From Spironucleus salmonicida (taxonomy: Eukaryota), in assembly GCF_000497125.1 (NCBI RefSeq), contig NC_090602.1, positions 186,001-250,000 on the forward strand: a stretch of 64,000 bases of DNA. The letters run 5' to 3'. The position numbers and the translations under genes are program-made. Positions 26,401-40,053 of this stretch are shown here, one piece after another. Each line of letters begins with the position of its first letter. The stretch's first letter is position 1. A model generated the notes under the pieces. The model was given only the letters and a program-made list of their open reading frames with translations. It did not search any database and was not told the DNA's origin.

Positions 26401-29400
26401 GCCATAATAATACTATGATAAAAACTAAGGATTGTTGAATGTTCTATTGTTCTATGTGAATTCTTAAAATTTAATATGAAAAGGCATATTTAGAGTCAAA
26501 TACTTATAATAAACTTGCAGATTACCATCTTTGGTATAAAAATGTGGAATAATTTCTATCTTATTTAAAATCTCTTCTTTTATTATTATTTGTTAAAATT
26601 TGTTATTCTCAATTATTTGTGTAAATGTATTAATTATACTAGAAAATGGTGTATCAAGAATACTATGGTATAATTACTAAATATTTTAATACAATTGAGT
26701 TAATTTTTCACAAAAATCTTATTAATATATTAATTTTAACAATGGAATCTCGTGTTAAACAGTAATATATTACTATTATAATAATTTCCAGGTATAAGCA
26801 TATTGAATCAATTATTTCTCTTATTGCCCTGTGATAAAAGAAACAGAAAATTATAATCTAGGATTGACATAACGAATAATTTAATTATTATTATATAGTA
26901 ATAATAAATCATATAACATTGTAGGTAAATATTTTAAAGATGTAAGTATCATTTTTAATACTTACGATAATGCCTCGATATCTCTTGATTTAGATTCTAT
27001 TTTAGCACTATATCTCCATTATTTAATCATCTCATGTTATTCTTAATTTTAAGATGATGACTACATTGCATCATAAATATCTAAATATAATTACTCAAAC
27101 ATAATATCATAACTATTTTCGCATTAGGTTGTTCGTTTGCCTTAGAAGCCTAGATTATTAATATATAGACTAATTTGAGCCAATACTTCAGAACATATGC
27201 TATCTGCATATATAGGTGATATTTATACGTAGTTAAGAGAAGACATATCAATAATATTGGAATTTCCTCGAAGTTGTTATACTAGCTTGTTATCTACAAT
27301 TTTCTAATTAGAAATTTAACTAGTTTAAACTGTATAAATATTGGTCACAATAATACTATTAATGTGTTTAAAAATTTCTTGCAACTTTTCATTAGCATCT
27401 TAATCAATCCTAACATTTTATCTTAAGATTAAAATTACATCAAGAATATCTGGTTTTTCAACAATAACTTTAAATAACTACTGTATATTTTGATTCAGTT
27501 ATTTATCTAATGGTATTTACGTAATTTTTTAAAATTTTTAAAAGTGGTGAGCTTCAAAATGAGGATCCTATAAAAAATATAAAAACACAACTTTGTCAAT
27601 ATTTATTCTTATAAAATCTTCAACTTCGTTAATATACGAAAGCCATTCAGAATATGATAATGTTAGAATAATTTAGTCTTTTATCACAGTTGCTTTGTGT
27701 TAAGATTTTATATAACCCGCTTTAAACCAGTCAGCTTTATTACTCAAAACATGATACGTTTCTATTGATCTACATTTAACTGTTTTAATAGCCATAATTG
27801 TCTTTTCAATAAGTTAGACTATAAATTCTGAAGGGAATTATACCACCATCATATTACAATTTATTAACTATTCTATATAAAATTTTGAATTTATTATAGT
27901 TGTTAATGGATATAGAGCTAATAATAATTATGATGGAGAGGCATATGTCTATATATTTATAAACTATGCATTTTCATCATTTAGAGTTGAAAGAATCCAT
28001 TATCTCCATCTTGACGTACAATTTTATATTGCTGAAAGTTCGAATAATATAAATTAAATATGATACATAAAATCATCCATTGTATTAATCGTATCATAAA
28101 AATGTGATTTCAATCTAAAATTATTCTAAGCCTACTATAAAAATGTAAACTATTCATGTTCAGCATAATGCACTTGACTAGTAAGCAATTGCTTATTACT
28201 ATAATTAACCGAAAATATTTTTAACTCTGTGCATTTAGCAATGCTCTATAATAATAATTTTTCTACATTTTTATCTATATCGAAATCAAATTATTTAATT
28301 TAAAATGTTAATAAACTTAAAAGTTTTGATTAATCAAATAAAGATATATACTATTATACTATTTCTCCTTAAATAACTGTATTAACTATGATCTCTAAAT
28401 TTTTACTGCTATCATGTATCCAATTTTCTACTTAATTTATTACTTATAAAACGTCTGGTGTATAGTTTTTCAATTCAATCTACTTAATTTAAAGTTCTTT
28501 TATTAATAGAAAGACACTATCTAGTTATTTAAAAACTTTATCAATATATTCGTCAGGCCATGGAAGTTCTTAATAAAAAACGCTAAAAAATGTTTAATAG
28601 TTTAATAATATTACTTATTCTAAACTATTATATAATGTTAATAACTTAATACCAGAAAAAAAAGTTTATATTTCAGACCCAAGTTTAAAATATGAAGGAG
28701 ATTCTTGACATAAGAAATACAATTTTCTAATATATGTTAATTCATTAACTATTTGATCTGAAAAGTTACTAATGAAACTTAAAATTTTCTATTTTACATT
28801 ATTACGAATTTCATCTAAAAGTTCTAGCATTTCTTATAAATATTAAGTTATATCTATTTGATAGAAGTAAATATTGAAAACTATTCCTTAAGATTATTTA
28901 ATAATATCTTATATATTTTTAATTTCTTCTAACCATGCTATGAAGTTGTTAAAATTTATTAATAATTAATCAGAATTTATATTATTAAATGCAAATTAGT
29001 TTAATTCTTATATTTTTTTAATCGGAGCATTTAAATGTGGAATTTTGCTTTAAGAGACGACGTCAAGATTATTTAATTATTCTTGTAGTTTAACTATCAT
29101 AACAGAATCTGCTAAAAGCTTATCTTTGAGAAAATATACACCAATCTGAAATTAAATTTAATTAATACTTTCTAAAATATTATTATGTTCTAATTGAATA
29201 TTTTAATGCTTTAACATTAATGTGTTGTCTGAAAATTGGTTCTAAAGCTATCTAAAAACTTCTTAGGATGTATTTTAAGTAGGTATGACCTATAAAATTT
29301 TATTCTATTAATCAAATAAAATGAAATTAAGATTAATATTGTTAGTGAGATTAATATAATTAAATTCATCAACATAATCAAATTATATACAGTTAAAGCA

Positions 29401-30744
29401 ATAATAAATAATACTATACTCTAATTCCCAAATACGAAGGGATTTGTCTAAATAATCTTAATCAAGAAAATCTTATGAAATTTCATATCGTCTAGAAAAT
29501 AATGAGAGAATAAAATTTTTGTTACCAAAAACACTAAGAATAGGTATCATTTTCTATAAATGCGTGCATAATGAAGTTTATTGGCTTTTTGATGTTAATA
29601 TTACATTCATTTATTATAAAGCTGGCTCTACAATTAATGAAAATGCAGAAAAAATAACTTATTTGATAATATTTTAAACTAATTGATATTATACACTGTG
29701 TTAGTCAGAAAATATTAAGGCCTCGGTTTATATAATAAGCGGAATAATTTCTTATTTAAAACAAAGTAACAGTAACACAAAATAATTTAATTAATCTACA
29801 TTATAAATATTAGTTAATTTTTTACTAAAATTAACTATATTAGCTTCTGTCTTACAAAGTAATTTGGTGATAAAACGACTTTAGTCATTTTCTACTTTAC
29901 GTAACTACGCCTTTTAATATGATAAAAACTATAAAATCTGCCCAGTATTATCTTTTTATTCTAAAAAATTTTACATTACGCTTTTAAATAAAGACTTAAA
30001 TTATTTTCCCCAAATAACTACTTGTAAATGATAAAAATTTTTACAAATCAATGAATTCTATAAAGAATTCTTACACTGTGTAAAAAATTCTGAATCAAAC
30101 TATTAAATTTTAGTGTAAATAGAGTCTGTTTTGACATTTTAATTAAGATAATTTAAAAATTTACGTTCATCAAGCATTTCTGTTGTTATAATTTTATTTA
30201 TTGGGGTAACTTCAGATACAAATCTAGCCCCTATTTTTCTAATAATAACTCTTTGTACCCATTTAATCAGAGTATCTGTAGTTTTATCAGAAAAATCCGG
30301 AGATAAAATATGTTCCTCATCTTTTAAAGATTCAAGATAAGAAACTGCAAATTTAGCATATTCTACCTACTCCTTACTAGCGTTTTAGAATATTTATAAG
30401 TTAGGTAATTCCGTTACTTCAGGCAACTCGTACTCATAATCTTCTATCTGTATATTTCTCATTAATGTGACTTAATTTATATTGACTTCTTTGTAAACAA
30501 AGTCGGGGTTTTACTTTTATCCAATCATCGAAGTTCCACTAACTGGTGGATGTGGAAGATCTTTTACAATGACTTTTACAAGGCATTTCCTAGTGTAAAT
30601 ATTCATTGATAATAGATATCCTGGTGAATACATTGAGTCTTACCCAATAACTGAAACTGGTATATCAATAGTTTAATTTTAAAGACATTCTGGGTGTAGC
30701 TGATAGTAAAATATCGCATCTAAGTAAGGTTTTTATTCAGCCAT
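14428..30744 (-). CDS. Highly divergent dynein heavy chain, about 5,438 aa
   Basis: Same frame at every checkpoint tested (not every codon was checked). Dynein landmarks in order: LQDPHFEAHHF, RYVNPRLQF, SGYVFANMLPTINTQL, KTLMTRPV, P-loop GSYQTGKS (22596-22573), C-terminal VTNLQLFGASFDP and EEILRLGAFF. Confidence 0.85.
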
Positions 30745-30794
30745 TTTGAGTGAAACGAAAAAATAATGTATAATATAATATTAAAATGAAAATT

Positions 30795-32114
30795 TCACTT
30801 CACGACACTTGTTCTAATCCAATTTAATACATCAGAATTCCCACTTAATAATACACTTTGTTCTACATCTAGTGCTGTAACTGTCATTTCAACTATATTT
30901 TTATGTTCTAATAATTTAAGCAATATTTTTTCTTTGTTTACTTTTTCAATATCCTACATATTAAATTTACTCTCTTATAGATTTTATTTTTAAATATCAG
31001 TAAATTCAAGTTAAATATATTTGCTATCTAAGTCATTAAATGCTAATTAATTAAGACTAGCTGCTAGTTTATTCGACTTTCCCTGTTGTTTAACTGTATT
31101 TTACGTGATTTCTGTATTAATTTCTTTCAAAATATCCATCAATAATTATTTAACTGGCATAGGAGTAGATAATATCTTTAGTCTTTATTGCTAGGCTGAG
31201 ATCGTCATTTTATGTGCCTCACTAAGTGCTTTTTGTAATCTTTAATTCTCAGCCTCTAAGCGCTTAACCTTGCTAATAACACCTCCTACCACTACAGGTT
31301 CATCTATGTCGATTTTTTCATCCTCAAAACCAACAAAATCGTTTTAATTCTTCAAATCGAACATTTCTTCATAAAGCCGAATTTTGCTCTCGTAATCCGT
31401 CAAGCTGCGCTGTGCACGTGCTAGTTTGAACGTCGTAGCCTCCAGAATCGTACGATTTTCAGATATTGCGTTATTCAGAACAGATATAACCTGTCCTTAT
31501 TTTCCATTATCTCGTTGGAGGTCCTCACAGCGTTTTTTCAAAAACTCGGTCTCCGTGATCACCTCGTCAAGTTTTTTCGGGTCATTCAGCAGCTCCTCGC
31601 GCTCCATTACGAGCTTCGAGCAGTCCCGCTCCAGTTCCAAAAGCTGGAGCTGGAAGTCCTGCCGGATCTGCATTTCGATTTTGCGCTACCGTTCGAATTG
31701 CTGGTCGTTAAGCTCCTCAAGCTTATTGTTCAGCTCGCTGCGCAACTGCAGGAATTCGCAATTTTCGGACTGGAAATTTGTCGTCTGAAATTGCTCTTTC
31801 ACGAGGCTCTGCTTCAGCTTTAGCTCGTGAATTTGGGCCTGCTGTGCAGAGATCGTCTTTTTGTAATTATCGAGCTCCTGGGTGAGCTGAGTGCGCTCTG
31901 AGGTAAGCTGCGCGTTTCGGCGCATCACATCAGCGTATTGCATCGATTTTGAGGCTTTCTGAGGCGATTTGGATGAAATTTGCTTCACGGCTAGTTCGGC
32001 TTCTGCTAGCTCTTGCTACGTCACGAGAGTCGGTAGAGGGTTGATGTGCATGTTAAGTAGTAGATCGTACTCTGTATTCTTCTTTTTCTGGTAGGCGGCA
32101 TGTGGGTTTCGCAT
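30795..32114 (-). CDS. Coiled-coil protein, 439 aa
   Basis: MRNPHAAYQKKK...; includes track ORF 31686..31988; heptad-rich; ends AAG-TGA. Confidence 0.8.
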
Positions 32115-32586
32115 GATTTTAATTCGAGGGGTTATATATTAAGTAGTATATAGAATTGTGTGTTATTACGTTTTTTGGAATGGCAAATTAAAGTAAATTA
32201 GCTAGACGAGAATGAGTAAGGGGAGAAATCCGTGGAAAGAATAAGGAATATATTTATGTGACTAGCAATTCACGTAAAAAGTAACTAGCAATAAAATTTT
32301 AGGTCAATTTGGGATTGTGGAACGCCAAATCAATATAAATTTAGTTTTAAAATATGATTATTTCGTAAATATACTGATATTAGATTTTATAACGCTTATT
32401 ACAATGAGATCTAATTATCTTGTGCTTTTAGTAAGAACTCATCTAGATCGAAAGTTTTGTACATAGTAAGTATATTTTATATAGATAAAGTCATTCTATA
32501 ATTTAACTTACACAACTATATAATGATTCAATCATTTATTAAGATTCTGATAAAGAAATGAGTGAATATTAATTAAATGAAAATTT

Positions 32587-33294
32587 TCAGTCTAGTTTAC
32601 TTTTAAGCTTCAAGCCCGTTGAAAAACCAAAGATAAAACATAATACTGCGGCTAAATGTCTATATCCTATACCCTTAAAATCTTTAAATCTCTATTTTTG
32701 TTTAAGCTAAATCTTTAATGACTATTCCGAATTTTCTAAAATAGTAACCTCAGCTTATTCTCTTGCAAGAAGAATTTTCTTTTGTTACAATTAAGTTTGA
32801 GCTTCAGCCAATGCTGCTTGTGAAAAATTAACATCATTTTATAAAGTTTTTGTTTTTTAATTATAATCATCTGCAGAAGTCTTATTTTAATCATATTTTT
32901 ATTTATCATCATATATGATTATCATTTGTTATTCTACGAACGTATTTTCACTAACAGCTTTGTCTTGAAATCTATTATAAAATGCTTTAAGAAGCTCTGG
33001 AGCAACTTCGTTAAGGATAACTTCAGAAGATTCAACAAAGAATCCTTTGACACAAATTTGAGCAGATTTTAATTATTTTGATAATAATTATATTCTTTAT
33101 CTTCCATTGGGTAGTAAAGTAAATATTGTCGGGGAAGAAGAAAGTTTAGAATCAGATGTTTAAATTTTCAACAAAAGGGGTGTATCGGCAAGATTATTTA
33201 TAATAATAGACGAAGCACACTCGATATCTTTAGTTAATGGAGTTATTGGTTATGAGATTGCAAATGGTTACATAATTTATGAATTATTTACCAT
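32587..33294 (-). CDS. VAP/Scs2-like tail-anchored protein (MSP-like domain, coiled coil, C-terminal TM), 235 aa
   Basis: IIQNNLADTPLLLKIQTS...PTIFTLLPNGRQRI resembles an MSP domain; C-terminal hydrophobic HLAAVLCFIFGFSTGL. Confidence 0.6.
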
Positions 33295-33333
33295 GACTAT
33301 ATAAAATTATATATAATTAAATTGATATATTTA

Positions 33334-34554
33334 ATGAGAAAAATATTTTTAGCGACTAAAAAATCAGATAACGTATTAGATGATTTATTTTTAAAATGCA
33401 ATAATACGAATATCGATAAATTAACTGTGAGTCAAGAATATTTAAATGAAGTAATAAATGATTTGTCAAATAATTAAATCTAGCCAATATAGACTACAGT
33501 CTTAATATAATTATTAACTGAAAAATCTATACAGCTTACGCCATTTAGTTCTTAGTTAGAGCTGATTATAAAAACTAAAAACTATGATTTAATTAATGCT
33601 CATATAGTTTATTCAAGATCATAGTTTTACCTTTAGTAGAATGTTATTGAAGAATTTCCTATCGTTTACTAAAATAATTAATAGTAAGGTTTAGCTTTTT
33701 TATTCAATTTACTTTAAATTGCACAGAAAAGTTAAATAACCCATATCATTATATTTTCAAAATTTGAAGAAATAATAACACCTAGTTACTTATAAAATTA
33801 AATTTTATCATCATAGGATATATCCCTTTAGCTAAAAATTATAAAATTAGGTTATTTACATATAATTTAGTGTTCAGGATATGCAGAGGCGTTATTTTTT
33901 GCAGTCAATGATAAAATTGCAAGCCCTTTGATGATATAAGTATTAAGAAAACTTTCAGTAAGAGTAAAATGGATAGAAAAAGTTTTTAAGTCATCTTACT
34001 AAAATATTATTAGTTATTATTAGTTTAATATTTAATAAAGATTTGAAATTTTGAAGTTTACAAGCTTTGTTATACATAAATTTGAATTCAATAAAGAATT
34101 TATATCAGATATGATATCAGATATATTTTAAATAAAAAATATTACATAAGGCGAAATGGATATTGTTATACGATTAATATCTTTCTGTATATCATCATAT
34201 AAATTAAATTCGAATTAAATTACATAATATGTTTAGTTTTTATTAGGACAATTTATTCCAAATATTGTAAATTAGACTTAATTAAATATACTGTAGACAA
34301 CTAATTTTTATATAGATATTATGATTTAAGATATTTAATTAATTGATCTATTTTTATTTAAATTGTAACGAATTTAAATTAAGTTGGATAGGTTTAACTT
34401 ACTATAGTGTGAATATTTTGTACATCTAACTACAATTGTCTAATAAATAAAACAGAATGGGTGTGATATAGAATAACATATACTAGAATAGTTTATGAAT
34501 TTAGATGGTAGAAATCCTGAATTAGACGAGTTGTTAGAGAGGCTGAAAGGGTGA
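33334..34554 (+). CDS. Hypothetical protein, 406 aa
   Basis: Start and TGA 34552-34554 share a code-6 frame; weak ORC4-like stretch (see findings). Confidence 0.7.
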
Positions 34555-34597
34555 TGTTTATTATAAGTTATTATATAATATAATGAGTTATATATAA

Positions 34598-35119
34598 ATG
34601 AATGGAAAAACTAATTTTGAATAACTTATTTAATTGCCATAAGGTGAAAATCCTGATGAATGGATTGCATTTAATATCCAATAAATTTATGTTCAAGCTT
34701 AATTGTTTAATAATGTTTTAAAAAATAATTGTCAATGTCCATCTATGCATGCAGGAGATGCAGTCGAGTATTTTTGGGTAGACTAATCAAATTAAATATA
34801 ACTTTCAGCATAGCTTTATATTACAAATGTTCTAGAATCAGTGGAGAATGCTTTGTCCACAAAATTTCCACAGGCTCCTAGCGATGTTTTTCCGATCAAA
34901 TTTTGTAAACTAGCTAGTGAGATGCTTAGAAGACTGTTAAGAATTTTTATCCATGCATATATTCATCATCAAAAGGCGCTAATAAAAGAGGATGTTCTAC
35001 CAGAAGTTGTTACTTGTTTAAAATATATTATTACTTTTGGAACAAAGTTTTCATTATTAACTTTTAAAGATACAGAACCAATACAATTTTTAGTAAATGA
35101 ATGGAACCCATCTTAGTGA
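34598..35119 (+). CDS. MOB1/phocein family kinase activator, 173 aa (alternative in-frame ATG at 34583)
   Basis: LPQGENPDEWIAFN, CPSMHAGDAVEYFWVD, RRLLRIFIHAYIHH; ends TAG-TGA. Confidence 0.9.
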
Positions 35120-35137
35120 ATTGATACTTTATTTCAC

Positions 35138-35752
35138 TCAAAATTCCACAGAACATACTAACTTTCCTTAAACATCACAAACTTTTTAAACGATATGTTC
35201 ATTTTTGTCCACCAGCACCACTTACTAACTCATCTCTACTGTTTATCCAGGAAAGACTCTAAGAATGGTACCATTATTAAGCTTTATGCTCATCTTACCA
35301 CTTTTATGCTTTCTGAGTGTACCTGCAGTGCCATTCGTCATACTGATAAAAGGACTCTTTGAATATGGTAGAAAGGTTGGAAATTATAATATCATATTCT
35401 ATTTAAGCTAAATATCTTACTAGCCTTATACTTACCGCTGAGGCTAATAGTTTTTAGTATACTATGTCGAAATTGATGCTAACGGAAGTTATTCAGAGTT
35501 TGTGAAAGGTAATTACTAAGGGCAATTACCTGTTAATTTAGCCTCTTTTAATTCTTGATCTACAGTAAAAGTTGGACCTTATACTTATTATATTTATTAT
35601 ACTTATTTAAAAACTAAAGGATTTTAGCGTTTTTTAGCAACATGTGAAGGCTGATCAATAGATTAAGTTGATTCTTTAGCTATTTATTTCGGCATAAATA
35701 ACATTTGTTTTTATTTCTATGGTTAAAAATTTTCATCATCATATGGGTTCAT
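35138..35752 (-). CDS. RNA polymerase III subunit RPC4/C53-like, 204 aa
   Basis: C-terminal ILQFPTFLP...GTAGTLRKHKSGKMSIKL...VFPG matches the RPC4 signature; stop is part of TGAGTGA. Confidence 0.75.
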
Positions 35753-36411
35753 TTTAGTGGAGTGGATAATAAAAATATTGTATATCAAATATATTAATTA
35801 CATTAACAAAGGAATGTATCCAAAATATTATTAAATTGACGGTTTTGAATCTATATATTTAAATAGCTGATACGAAATGTTCAAGAATACAAATTAATAC
35901 TACCTATAAGAGTTAATATCTTATTCGTTCGTTAAATATTAATAACATAAAATATAAACTTTCCTTTATTATTGAATTATTAGTAAATGATGAATAAAAT
36001 TATATTAACACAAATTAGATAATTCATTTTGTTATCGTTTACACGTTAAGAAGAACTTATTTAACATAACATATAGACTATAATATATAAGTTAATCAGT
36101 TATTATTACTTAAGCCAGTTATTATTAATAAGTAATTAATACTTATTGTGAATTTAAAAAGTACTTAAAATAGATATGATACTGCATATTTAATAGATTC
36201 ACGTCGATAAGACTTTATAATGATAAACCTTGTATAAGAATTATATTTTTTAGTATTCACTTTATATTAATACAATAATAATTAACCAATTAAAAATATA
36301 GTAGAATTTAATCGTGAATTAAGATTTAGTCAACTATATAATAAATGATGAATAAACTTATGTAAGTATTATAATATAAATATTAATTAATAAGTATTTT
36401 GATAATTTCGA

Positions 36412-37473
36412 ATGACGTCATCATAAACACCAGTGCCTTTTACTAAGCCATTTCCTTATGAATATAAGCCATATCATCCATGCTTACATTAGCATAAAAA
36501 TATTTATTTCTTCTAGAAATATATTACCTTACCACTTAATTATATCACTGCTCCTATTTTTTGGCCAATAAGAGTTATTTTATGCTTTTTATTTATGCTT
36601 ATTAATTCTTTGTTCGCATTAATTATTAATTACGGTACTGATGAAACAAAACCATTACCATAGAAAAGAAGAGCCATTCTTGTAAGAGTCAATAGAATTT
36701 GTATTAGAGCATCACTTTTCTTTACTGGGTTTATTCTCAAAGTAGAAGACTAACGAACATTTAAGCCATAGATTATAGCTGTTAAAATATGTAACCACTC
36801 TGGCCTTATTGATGCTCTTTGTTTAGGTGCTATTGGCACAGAATGTATGATAGCTAACAAAGAAGTAATTGAGAATCCAGTGTGCAAGCCATAAATGGTA
36901 GCTACTAGATCTCTTACCCCAGGTTCAAACTGCGTTGCCAAAATGTTAGAAAGAAGAGATTCTGAGCTTAACTGGCCTCCAATGACTGTATTTTCGGAAG
37001 GAGCGATATCTCCGGAACTCGTTATGATTCGCCCAAGAAGTGGAACTTTTAGAATTTTACGTGTAGGTGATTATGTATAGCCTATGACTATTAGATATAA
37101 AACTAACTTCAACTGTGAATGGTTAGCTCAAAGTGTAGTATGGGTTGGTAAATAATTGGGGAAAAATTTTTGCAACACTGTCAAAGTTACTTATTTAGAA
37201 CCTGTCATGTATAATGGGGAAGATGTTTAGGAGTTTGCTGATAATCTTCACAAGTAAATGTGCGATTCGTTAGGAAATGAATTTGTACCATATAATTACT
37301 AAGATTTGAGGTATTTCTACGGTTCTGAGAGGTTCTAACTTAAAGACTGTACACCTTAATATTAGAAAGATTATGCATGGATGGGAAGACTTAAAGACTA
37401 TTAAAAAATGTGCCAAGCAGCTGGTAGAGATTCTGACTATGAATGGACTAAATAGCAATTAAAATTGGAATGA
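36412..37473 (+). CDS. Lysophospholipid acyltransferase (LPCAT/LPEAT-like), 353 aa
   Basis: N-terminal TM segment; HX4D motif CNHSGLID; WPPMTVFSEG (FPEG-like); VQPMTIRY. Confidence 0.85.
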
Positions 37474-37514
37474 TAAGTCATTATTATATTATTTATTAAT
37501 ATCTCTTTTTTTAA

Positions 37515-38240
37515 ATGGAATAACTCCTCTAAAAAGTTTAAACAGACCTGGACAGATAATCCCTTATAATATCTATCTAAAACGCTCTATAATCAGATGA
37601 TCAAGAATCTTAACTTATAGACCTTCTAGGTTTCGAAAATATAGACACTCTTCCAGCAATTATTTCTAACAGGCATCTTTTCGAACAAATGGAGTACGAG
37701 CACCATGTTAAAAAGGATGTATAATACTACAAATTACTTACGTAGTAGTTTGCAGAAGTAATGAACCTCCCTATTTCTGAGGCTACATATGCGCTCCAAA
37801 AATACGATTGGAATATTAATGACGCTATTTCAGCATATGCAGGACAAGGGGAAACGAATTTCTTCATCGAACCTGAAAATCAACCAGATGTAGATATTAT
37901 CTCTACCGAATATGTAGCTAATTGCGTAATTATCGATCACGACAAACCGATAAAATAGTTCGTAAATAGAGAAGTGGAACTAGATTTGCATGGTTATCAA
38001 GTTTTAGATGCTATTGAACTGTTCAAAAACAAATATTGCGAATTGGTTATTCGCGTGGATGATGGCAGAGGGAATATAAAATTCAATGTGATAGTTGGTA
38101 GGGGGCTACATAGTGACCACTCGCCGCTAATTAAATTACATATTATGAATTTATGCAAAAGACATAATATCATATTTAGCATTGGTGCTAAAGGCGGTGT
38201 GATTTCCATAAAAATTAAGAGAGGAATGCACACAATTTGA
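37515..38240 (+). CDS. Smr-domain protein with N-terminal PWI-like and UBA-like modules, 241 aa
   Basis: Code 6 joins track ORFs 37761 and 37974. Smr motifs ELDLHGYQV and VIVGRGLHS; UBA-like EATYALQKYDWNINDAISAY. Confidence 0.85.
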
Positions 38241-38357
38241 GTTAAGAATTAACATATATTATATATAAATAGTATCTGAGCAAAATTAATAAACAGAATT
38301 TTAAGATTATCATATAGTTTAATTTATATAATATTATTTTATAACTTTTGTTCAAGG

Positions 38358-39071
38358 ATGATATAAAAATTTTAAGAAGTTTTTGTGTAATAGATAAGGG
38401 AGATTTACAAATCCGAGGATCCGTTGCCTTTATTATCTATAGCAGCTCTGTAATTACAAAAATTCTAACGATAAATATCAGATATTTAAACTGCATACGA
38501 GCGTCGTTAGGCATAAAGATTAGCATAGACTTCAGCAATATAGCTGCGTAGTGCAAAATAGGCTAAACTTCCTTAAAAATAATTCGAGTTTGCATCTAGA
38601 AAATATTTAGAATAGGAAAAAGTATTTTAGAATGTTTAAACTATAGAGAGCATAGATTAAAATGTGATACAAAACATTAAAGATTAAGATAATATGATAA
38701 TTTAGGATAATATTATTAAAATAAGAAATTGTTCGAATTCAACTTTCATATTTACTGAGAGAAAAACAATATTCTTCTTTTAATGTGAAAACTGCCAGTT
38801 TTTGAGCTTTAATATTTCCGGCGCTGTATTTGTAGAAAATCTTACAAACTGTACAATAAAAGGTTCATGTCATCAATTAAGAATAACGGATTGCTAATTT
38901 CTTAAAATTTAGGTAAATGTTGATGGTCCAGTTATTGAAAATAGTAAAAATATTTCATTTTTTAAACCTGAAAATTATATAAATGGATGGAATGATGTTA
39001 AAGATTTCAGCTGGCTAAGACTAGAAGAGAATCCAAATTGGTTTGCAAAAGAAAAATTTGATGAAAATTGA
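38358..39071 (+). CDS. TBCC: Tubulin-binding cofactor C, 237 aa
   Basis: AYERRQAQ...LPQKQFEFASRK, GAVFVENLTNC, CHQLRI (Arg finger), PVIENS, WNDVKDFSWLR, NPNW. Confidence 0.9.
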
Positions 39072-39102
39072 TTGAGATTTAAATTTAACTATTAAACACA
39101 CC

Positions 39103-40053
39103 TCACTTGGGAGCAATACCTGCCACCCTAAACTTAGTTGGATGACTATAAACTTAAAATAGATGGGAAGGTTTTCCGTTCTATCCTAAATAATAAGAAT
39201 CTTGCCAAAGTTATTTCAAATATTCAATTGCAGGATAAATATCTTATATCGTATATCCTGTCCAAAATGATAAATTAGAATTCCAAGGTAATTATTGCTA
39301 GATTTCTAGTGAGATGGAAACACATGCAGCAGCTAATGCAGATGGTCTATATGTATATGAGTATGGGTCTGTAAGCGCCAAAAAGCACAAATATTTGCTT
39401 AAACTGGCATAAACTTCTTATAGCTAGCCAGCATGAATTATTGTCGTCAAAAATTCATATAAAGTGATATATTCTACTTCATAGTTAAGCTCGTCCAAGA
39501 TTTTATCGTGTTGTTCTAATATAAGTTGAGGTTTAATCCTTTGTGCCTAGACGCCAAATAATGTTGTTATTTTATCTATTAATGGTGTGAAGTTTGTGAA
39601 AGTAGGTTCGTATTTGTCAGCAATGTGTATAATAGCAGCTATTTTGAGGGCCAGCTACATATTTGATAATGGTTGATTCAATGTTCTTAACAACATTGTT
39701 ATAGACATATTTGCAGCGAAATCTCGCATCTACAACTAAATTGTAGACCTGAGCAATAGTTTTAGTTGATCTCGTATTTCTTTATCAGACAGAACAAATT
39801 AAATTTTTTGTTAACTTTCCTCCTTTTGATAAAGGTAACGTAGAGTTGAAATAGCATATGTTGAAAAAGCTTATGGATAAATAATACCTGGCGGCACTTC
39901 ATCAATATCGAGAAAGGAGTTTTATCTAGTTGGAAAGCAAGAAAATAATTACATAGGAGTAGACATAGGAGACTCTGATTAGACATCTGGAGTAAATTTA
40001 AGCTACTTCAGAGTAAACTAAGGCTCTTTAGAATAAGATACTTGATCTTGCAT
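39103..40053 (-). CDS. Divergent cyclin, 316 aa
   Basis: Cyclin-box features IAAIIHIADKYE and KILDELNYEV; second fold SKYLCFLAL...YRPSALAAACV; ends AAG-TGA. Confidence 0.75.

Noticed and set aside
14428-30744. Trans-spliced (split) dynein as in Giardia
   Set aside because: Tail, ring and C-terminal landmarks all lie in one frame, and no intron-like boundaries were seen.
31426-31823. Plus-strand track ORFs
   Set aside because: Antisense shadows of the coiled-coil gene 30795-32114.
32180-32526. Possible 104-aa plus-strand ORF from 32212
   Set aside because: No motif support and strand ambiguous.
35761-36348. Long plus-strand open frame without a suitable in-frame ATG (nearby ATG 35814 is off-frame)
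   Set aside because: Could be a frameshifted gene or chance; no homology cues.
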